Positions 58,746 through 64,000 of a stretch of 64,000 bases of DNA are shown one piece after another. This DNA is from Candidatus Heimdallarchaeum aukensis. GTDB lineage: Archaea; Asgardarchaeota; Heimdallarchaeia; Heimdallarchaeales; Heimdallarchaeaceae. The notes beneath the pieces are model-generated. The model saw nothing but the letters and a program-made list of their open reading frames with translations, was not told the DNA's origin and made no database searches. The stretch lies in contig CP084166.1 in NCBI GenBank assembly GCA_021513695.1, positions 2,112,001 through 2,176,000 of the forward strand. Direction: 5' to 3'. The position numbers and the translations under genes are program-made. The first letter of the stretch is position 1. The number at the start of each line of letters is the position of its first letter.

Positions 58746-60359
58746 TTATTTTTTACTTTTCTTTCTTATTACAATTGCAGAAATTAGAATGCCTAATGAG
58801 ATATAAACAATGCTTGGTCCTGGGGTTTTTTGTGGCGTTGTATCTTCTGTTGGTATTGTATTATTAGCATTGTTTACTAGTAAATCGATATCTAATAGAA
58901 ATTCAATTGTTGACCAAATTAATTCCTTATTATCTCTGTTTGAGAGACCAAAATCGTAGTCTGACCAAGTAGTTGTTCCGAAAAGTGCAAGACTTGACTC
59001 TCCATCCAACTCTACGGCAGCAAGTGGAATACTTGTTCCACCTACATTATCATCAGTATTATCGTAAATTTTATCTGGGGCTGGAGGATTCTGATCGCTT
59101 TGATAAAATGTTTCTTCACCGAAAACTAGCCAATGTACTGAGGAAGATTCTTCAGTAGTGTACAATGATGTTGGTGAGAAAAATTGTACTTTATTAGTTA
59201 AATTACCAACTATTTGTGCAGCTACTGGGTCATCATCGTTAAATTCATCTGTTTGGCAGTACCATGGTTTATAGAACTCAGGATCCGCTGGGGTTGTATA
59301 TACGTTATCATCATTTACTCGTAAAGCAGAGCCTATTGCATTTAAAAGCTCATTTAATGTTCCTCTACTAGCATTGGAATAATCTCCTCTGCTACTAATT
59401 AAAAGATGTCCTCCTGAGGAGTACCAATTACTTATTGTATTTATTTCTGCTGTGCTAAAGTTTCTATAGGGCGCAGTTATAACTAATAGGTCAATATTTG
59501 ATAAAGCATTTTCATCGATCTCTACTTCATTATAAATCATCTCTACAACATCTCGATTAAGAGTATCAAAAAAGCTTGTTAATGTTGTTAGACTATAATC
59601 ATTATCGTGATATCGGTCAATTAATATGGTGGCAACATCTTCTATGATTTCAACATCTGGTGGTGTAAAATCTTTTATTATGTATTCCCAGATTTTTAAC
59701 GTTGCTCCTATTGCTCTCCCTAACTGCTCCTCAGTTATATCCTTAATTGTATCATTTGTAACTACTACATCAGTTTCACTGCCAGTAGGATAAGCATTTC
59801 TTATTGCCCAATAATACTGATGAGCATAAGTTGCACATTGTATTGCAAATTCCACAGGGTCATCAAAGTCATCAAAAGAGTAGATCGTAATGTTTAGCTC
59901 GTTTAAATGATTGTTAATATCTTTTTCATAAGCTGGATGTCCATCCCAATATTCATCTGTGTGAACTGGAATATTGATATCAGAAATATAATGTGAGACT
60001 ATACCTAACAGCCAAAAAATAGTTTCCCAATCCTCATTGTTAGTAATATTTGATTTTATTCCATAAATTGTATTGTTTATATGCCATGGAGCATTGTTTT
60101 CACCAGAAATTGGGTAATATAAGTGATTTTCCCAATCTTGTAAGACTTGATCGGGATATGTACTACCAGAAACAATCTCTGGCAAATAATAAGTGAAAGC
60201 TTCTTTCCAGTCATCAGGTACTATATTTGATGCTTCACGCACAATAAACTGGTGTGTCGATAATCCCCAACCATTAACTTGGTTGGTACTCATCAAAAAC
60301 ATAGCTCCACTAGAAATTACTAATAAAATAACAAACATTGCAAAATTTTTCTTTTTCAT
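58746..60359 (-). CDS. secreted protein with N-terminal zinc-dependent phospholipase C / S1-P1 nuclease-like domain and C-terminal TM anchor
   Basis: After the signal peptide, 'GWGLSTHQFIVREA...YPD' resembles the PLC/P1 N-terminal W...H..IV..A...YDPD zinc-site pattern. The C-terminal anchor is 'IVYISLGILISAIVIRKKSKK'. Confidence 0.45.
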   Translation of the reverse strand: MKKKNFAMFVILLVISSGAMFLMSTNQVNGWGLSTHQFIVREASNIVPDDWKEAFTYYLPEIVSGSTYPDQVLQDWENHLYYPISGENNAPWHINNTIYGIKSNITNNEDWETIFWLLGIVSHYISDINIPVHTDEYWDGHPAYEKDINNHLNELNITIYSFDDFDDPVEFAIQCATYAHQYYWAIRNAYPTGSETDVVVTNDTIKDITEEQLGRAIGATLKIWEYIIKDFTPPDVEIIEDVATILIDRYHDNDYSLTTLTSFFDTLNRDVVEMIYNEVEIDENALSNIDLLVITAPYRNFSTAEINTISNWYSSGGHLLISSRGDYSNASRGTLNELLNAIGSALRVNDDNVYTTPADPEFYKPWYCQTDEFNDDDPVAAQIVGNLTNKVQFFSPTSLYTTEESSSVHWLVFGEETFYQSDQNPPAPDKIYDNTDDNVGGTSIPLAAVELDGESSLALFGTTTWSDYDFGLSNRDNKELIWSTIEFLLDIDLLVNNANNTIPTEDTTPQKTPGPSIVYISLGILISAIVIRKKSKK

Positions 60360-60529
60360 ATTATATTTTTACAATATGAGCTTTATCTTTTTTTCTATCT
60401 AAAGTTCTTAAATAATGAGAAAAGTTCATTTTGTTTTTAAAAGGGTTGAAATTTTGAACAGTTTTTTCGTTGAGACAATAAGAACTATTATAAAAGATTA
60501 GGTGAACATTTTTTCAGCCAAAAATTGCG

Positions 60530-62371
60530 GTGAAAAACATGAAAGCAGTAATTCATTTAGAAGAAATACTTAATTTTAAGGCAGATGCAAAATCAAAAGT
60601 CATTTCCACCGAATCCTCAGGGTTGTTGAAAGTAATCAATCCCAGTAATAATACAACACTTTGGGGAATAAAGCTTGATGCATCAAATGAAGCTGATGTT
60701 TTGACAGAAATACAGGATACAATTCAACATATAGAAGCAGGGAAGGATTATGTCAAAGAATATAAAACTAGCTTATCTTCTCAATTAGTTGTAACAGAAA
60801 TTGTAGACACAAATTTTAATGGAGAAGAAATAAATGAATTAAACCGTGACCTAACTTTTGATGTAGATCAGAACTTAGCTTTTATGATTAAGATTGAGAA
60901 CAATTATGATTTTCCAATAAAAAATATATCTGTCGAGAAATATTTCCCCCCAGATACGAAAGATCTACGAGCTATTGAGCCTTATACAGGAGAAACAACA
61001 GTGCTTGAAGATGAAAAAGTGATTACATGGACTATTCCAGAAATCAAATCAAAAGAATCAAAAGCCATTATTGTTGCTTGTATAATGCATCCAAAGAACG
61101 TTCAACCTTATGTCACAGGAAAAGTAATACTAAAATGTGAAGCAGATAGTAAACTTAGCACATTGGTTCCGTCAATCGATGGAGACTCTGATAATGTAGA
61201 TCTCAGATTGAAAGCAGAAGAAACAAGTATTCCGGGACAATGGACTGTCGATTTTGGTCTCAGAAACGCAAGTGAGTTTGAAATCTTACTTAGGCACGTT
61301 ACTATAAGTATAAACGGCGAAGTGAAGTATAAAGAAGAACTAAATACAGAACTTGAAGCAACAAATGAAGACCTAATTTGGAAGCAACAAATTATTGCAG
61401 AATCTGACCATTATCCTGAAATAACAAAGGATTTTGACTACTACGTTTTATACGATATTACTGAACACTCGGTCATCTCCTTTGAAAAAGAAAATGATCA
61501 TCTAAATGTTCTTAAAGTTAATGTTAGCAAGTCTTTTGAGCCAAGTGAAGTGGTAACTTATGCACTAACTCCATTAATTGGAATTATTGAAATTACAAAT
61601 ACTGGTACTTCTACAATAGGAAAAATAGAAGTAGAAGATACAATTCCTCCATTTGTTGTGTTTGATGAAGTGATTGCAGAACTTGCTGATAGAAAAGTAG
61701 AAGTAGTTTTTGAAGAGAAAAAGAAAGTTGTCCATAAACCTGTAGAAACAGAGGAAAGAGAAAAAGCAACATTTGAGATGTTGGAAGAAGGTGGAATGGA
61801 AGAAAAAGATAAAGAACCAGAGCTGCCTGTCGAACAAGAATCTGAAGACATAACTATGCAACGGAAATATCACTATAAAGCTAAAGAACTTCAACTAGAA
61901 CCAGGACAAAGTCTGAGACTGAAATTAATTGGAGAGGCAAGAAAACCAAAATTTGATGGAAACCAAGCATCTCCTGCAGTAATAAACGCATTTGCAGAAC
62001 AACCAACAGTCCCATTTGTTACAGAAGCTCAGATGGATGGTAAAGAACCATACTTAGTCGTAGCGTTTAGAAGAAGATCATATGAATTAACCTCGATTTT
62101 CAAGAAAATAGGTGAAAATAATTATGAGATTGAAATACCAATAACTAATACCGGTGATGTTGCATTAGATAATGTTGTTATTACACAACCTATATTCAAT
62201 GCAGAATATGTAAGTCACACACCCCCAACAGTAGATGTAACTGTTGAAGGCGCAAACGTAAAATGTCACGTAAAACAAATTAAACCAACAGAAACTACGA
62301 CAATAGTATTACAAGTAAAAGCTGATGGACCAATAAGGCAACAACAAGCTACGATTAGAATTGAAGATTGA
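60530..62371 (+). CDS. hypothetical protein with CARDB/DUF11-like beta-sandwich segments
   Basis: It is 613 aa. 'IEITNTGTSTIGKIEVEDTIPPFVV' and 'IEIPITNTGDVALDNVVITQPI' resemble DUF11/CARDB strands. It has an acidic insert and no signal peptide. Confidence 0.4.
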   Translation: MKNMKAVIHLEEILNFKADAKSKVISTESSGLLKVINPSNNTTLWGIKLDASNEADVLTEIQDTIQHIEAGKDYVKEYKTSLSSQLVVTEIVDTNFNGEEINELNRDLTFDVDQNLAFMIKIENNYDFPIKNISVEKYFPPDTKDLRAIEPYTGETTVLEDEKVITWTIPEIKSKESKAIIVACIMHPKNVQPYVTGKVILKCEADSKLSTLVPSIDGDSDNVDLRLKAEETSIPGQWTVDFGLRNASEFEILLRHVTISINGEVKYKEELNTELEATNEDLIWKQQIIAESDHYPEITKDFDYYVLYDITEHSVISFEKENDHLNVLKVNVSKSFEPSEVVTYALTPLIGIIEITNTGTSTIGKIEVEDTIPPFVVFDEVIAELADRKVEVVFEEKKKVVHKPVETEEREKATFEMLEEGGMEEKDKEPELPVEQESEDITMQRKYHYKAKELQLEPGQSLRLKLIGEARKPKFDGNQASPAVINAFAEQPTVPFVTEAQMDGKEPYLVVAFRRRSYELTSIFKKIGENNYEIEIPITNTGDVALDNVVITQPIFNAEYVSHTPPTVDVTVEGANVKCHVKQIKPTETTTIVLQVKADGPIRQQQATIRIED

Positions 62372-62491
62372 ATAGATTGCTTCCACTTTTATTCTTTTTT
62401 TATTTTTGAATTCTTATGGAATTTTTTTTAATTATCTATAGAGCTATTTGAGAAGGTTTTTATTGTTTAAAAAATATTAAAAACGAATACT

Positions 62492-64000
62492 ATGAAACAC
62501 TACTTTGAGCTATTGGACATTTATGAAAAAGTAAGATTACTGAATTCAATAAGCGGGGTCTTATATTGGGATATGAATGTAGTCATGCCTTCGAATTTAG
62601 ATGCGATAAATTATAGATCTAAACAATTCCAATATTTAAGCCAAGAAATCCACAAACTCATTACAAAGGATAAAACTGCGGAACTACTAGAAAAATGTGA
62701 AAAGGAGAAATCACTAGATAAATATCAAAGACGAAATGTTGAGCTTATTCGAAGAATGTATGATAATAGAACAGCACTCACTTCAGAACTAGTTGGCCAA
62801 ATGTCAAAACAATCTAACAAAACATTAGAGATCTGGAAAAAAGCTAAAGTGAAAAAAGATTTTTCTATAGTTAAAGATGATCTAGAAAAACTATTCAAGC
62901 TAAATGTTCAAGCTGCGGAACTTTATGCTGAAAAAAAAGAAATTAATGATCCTTTTGATGCACTTATTGATACTAGAGATAAAGGATTTAGTGTATCCCT
63001 TTTAAGTAAACTTTTTGATGAATCAAAATCTTATCTTATTCCTCTTCTAAGAAAGATTAAAAACAAAAGTGAGACAATAAAAGACGATTTTCTTTATCGT
63101 AAAGTCCCCAAAGAAATCCAAATTAAGATGGTGAATGACTTAGCAAAGTTCTTGGAATATGATGTGTCCAGTGAAGAGGCAGTAGGGAGTATAGCTGAAG
63201 TTGAACATCCTCTAACAATAAGTTGTGGATATAAGGATGTACGTGTAACAGTTAAATATGTTGAAAATAATGTTTTAGCTTCTTTCTTTGCAGGGGCACA
63301 TGAATGTGGACATGCTCTACATGGGTTACAAGGAAGAGAAGAGTGGTATAATCAACCTATTTATAGAATCTCGTCTCCTAGTTTTGGAGAATCACAATCG
63401 AGATTTATAGAAAATATGGTTGCGGGTTCAAAAGATTTCTGGGACTATTATTTTCCTAAATTAAACGAACAAACAAAGGTTTTCAACGATATTTCATTAG
63501 ACATGTTTTATTCTGCAATAACTAAAGTAAAACCAAGTTTAATCAGAATCCAAGCTGATGAATTAACATATATGCTACACATAATAATCCGTTTTGAGAT
63601 TGAAAGAGATTGGTTTGCAGGAAAAATTACAACAGATGAGTTACCATCAGTATGGAATCAAAAGTATGACGAGTACCTTGGTGTAGAAGTAACAGATGAT
63701 AGTGTGGGTGTTATGCAAGATTTACATTGGTATTCACAATATTACGGTTACTTTTTTGGTTATGGTATAGGCGATCTTATAGCAGCCCAACTTTCCAATA
63801 GCCTAACTAAAGTAAATCCTAATTGGAAGGATCTCCTTAGAGAAGGACAATTTACTCCAATTCGTGAATGGTTAGAACAAAATATCCATAAAAAAGGAGG
63901 GTTATTTGATTGTCTAAATCTAGTTGAAAATATAACTGGTGAAATGTTGTCTACGAAATATCATCAGAAATATTTAGAAGAAAAGTATTTAGTTTTATAT
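62492..64000 (+). CDS. M32 (Taq-type) carboxypeptidase; runs to the window end without a stop
   Basis: It was translated by hand from the ATG at 62492. 'AHECGHALHG' (HExxH), 'GESQSRF' (HESQS-like), 'IRIQADELTYMLHIIIRFEIE' and 'MQDLHWYS...FGYGIGD' are all M32 hallmarks. About 503 codons are open to position 64000. It is not in the supplied ORF track because no stop falls inside the window. Confidence 0.85.
   Translation, partial: MKHYFELLDIYEKVRLLNSISGVLYWDMNVVMPSNLDAINYRSKQFQYLSQEIHKLITKDKTAELLEKCEKEKSLDKYQRRNVELIRRMYDNRTALTSELVGQMSKQSNKTLEIWKKAKVKKDFSIVKDDLEKLFKLNVQAAELYAEKKEINDPFDALIDTRDKGFSVSLLSKLFDESKSYLIPLLRKIKNKSETIKDDFLYRKVPKEIQIKMVNDLAKFLEYDVSSEEAVGSIAEVEHPLTISCGYKDVRVTVKYVENNVLASFFAGAHECGHALHGLQGREEWYNQPIYRISSPSFGESQSRFIENMVAGSKDFWDYYFPKLNEQTKVFNDISLDMFYSAITKVKPSLIRIQADELTYMLHIIIRFEIERDWFAGKITTDELPSVWNQKYDEYLGVEVTDDSVGVMQDLHWYSQYYGYFFGYGIGDLIAAQLSNSLTKVNPNWKDLLREGQFTPIREWLEQNIHKKGGLFDCLNLVENITGEMLSTKYHQKYLEEKYLVLY

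Overview
This is an AT-rich (roughly 30% GC by eye), gene-dense chromosomal window from an archaeon. The archaeal assignment rests on aIF-2 beta, aIF-1A, Rio1 kinase, a Dim2-like KH protein, aCPSF1/FttA and an intron-containing tRNA-Trp(CCA). Several eukaryote-like proteins co-occur: a two-domain gelsolin, an Arf-family GTPase fold, a 7-bladed WD40 propeller fused to an ER/K helix, a long eukaryote-style Trm112, Nip7-like and Nmd3-like proteins, and a MetK-type SAM synthetase. From these I infer, without being able to prove it, an Asgard (Lokiarchaeia-like) genome. Housekeeping genes include argF, threonine dehydratase, a Nudix hydrolase, uvrB-uvrC, oligoendopeptidase F, hydantoinase/oxoprolinase hyuA-hyuB, mutL and mutS (divergent), deoC, an MFS transporter, a ThiF/MoeB E1-like enzyme, a radical-SAM methylthiotransferase, an NSUN RNA m5C methyltransferase, a ferritin-VIT1 iron transporter, and an M32 carboxypeptidase that runs off the 3' end of the window. 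The strongest candidate for an undescribed system is a tightly coupled five-gene operon (3790-9719): an Arf-like GTPase homologue with eroded G1, G3 and G4 motifs, a ChlI/MoxR-type AAA+ ATPase, a vWA/MIDAS protein, a 541-aa unknown protein, and a HEAT-repeat protein. Other points of interest are a second pseudo-GTPase (EF-Tu-like, degenerate G domain) beside a SHOCT-bactofilin protein and a HEAT-repeat protein, an inverted-repeat-bounded intergenic element filled with ACTGCAAT tandem motifs, a 15-mer microsatellite next to a GC-rich island with C/D-box-like motifs, and a direct-repeat array upstream of the WD40 gene. No CRISPR array, rRNA or clear IS/transposase gene was seen. All protein assignments come from reading motifs in the supplied translations; no database search was run.
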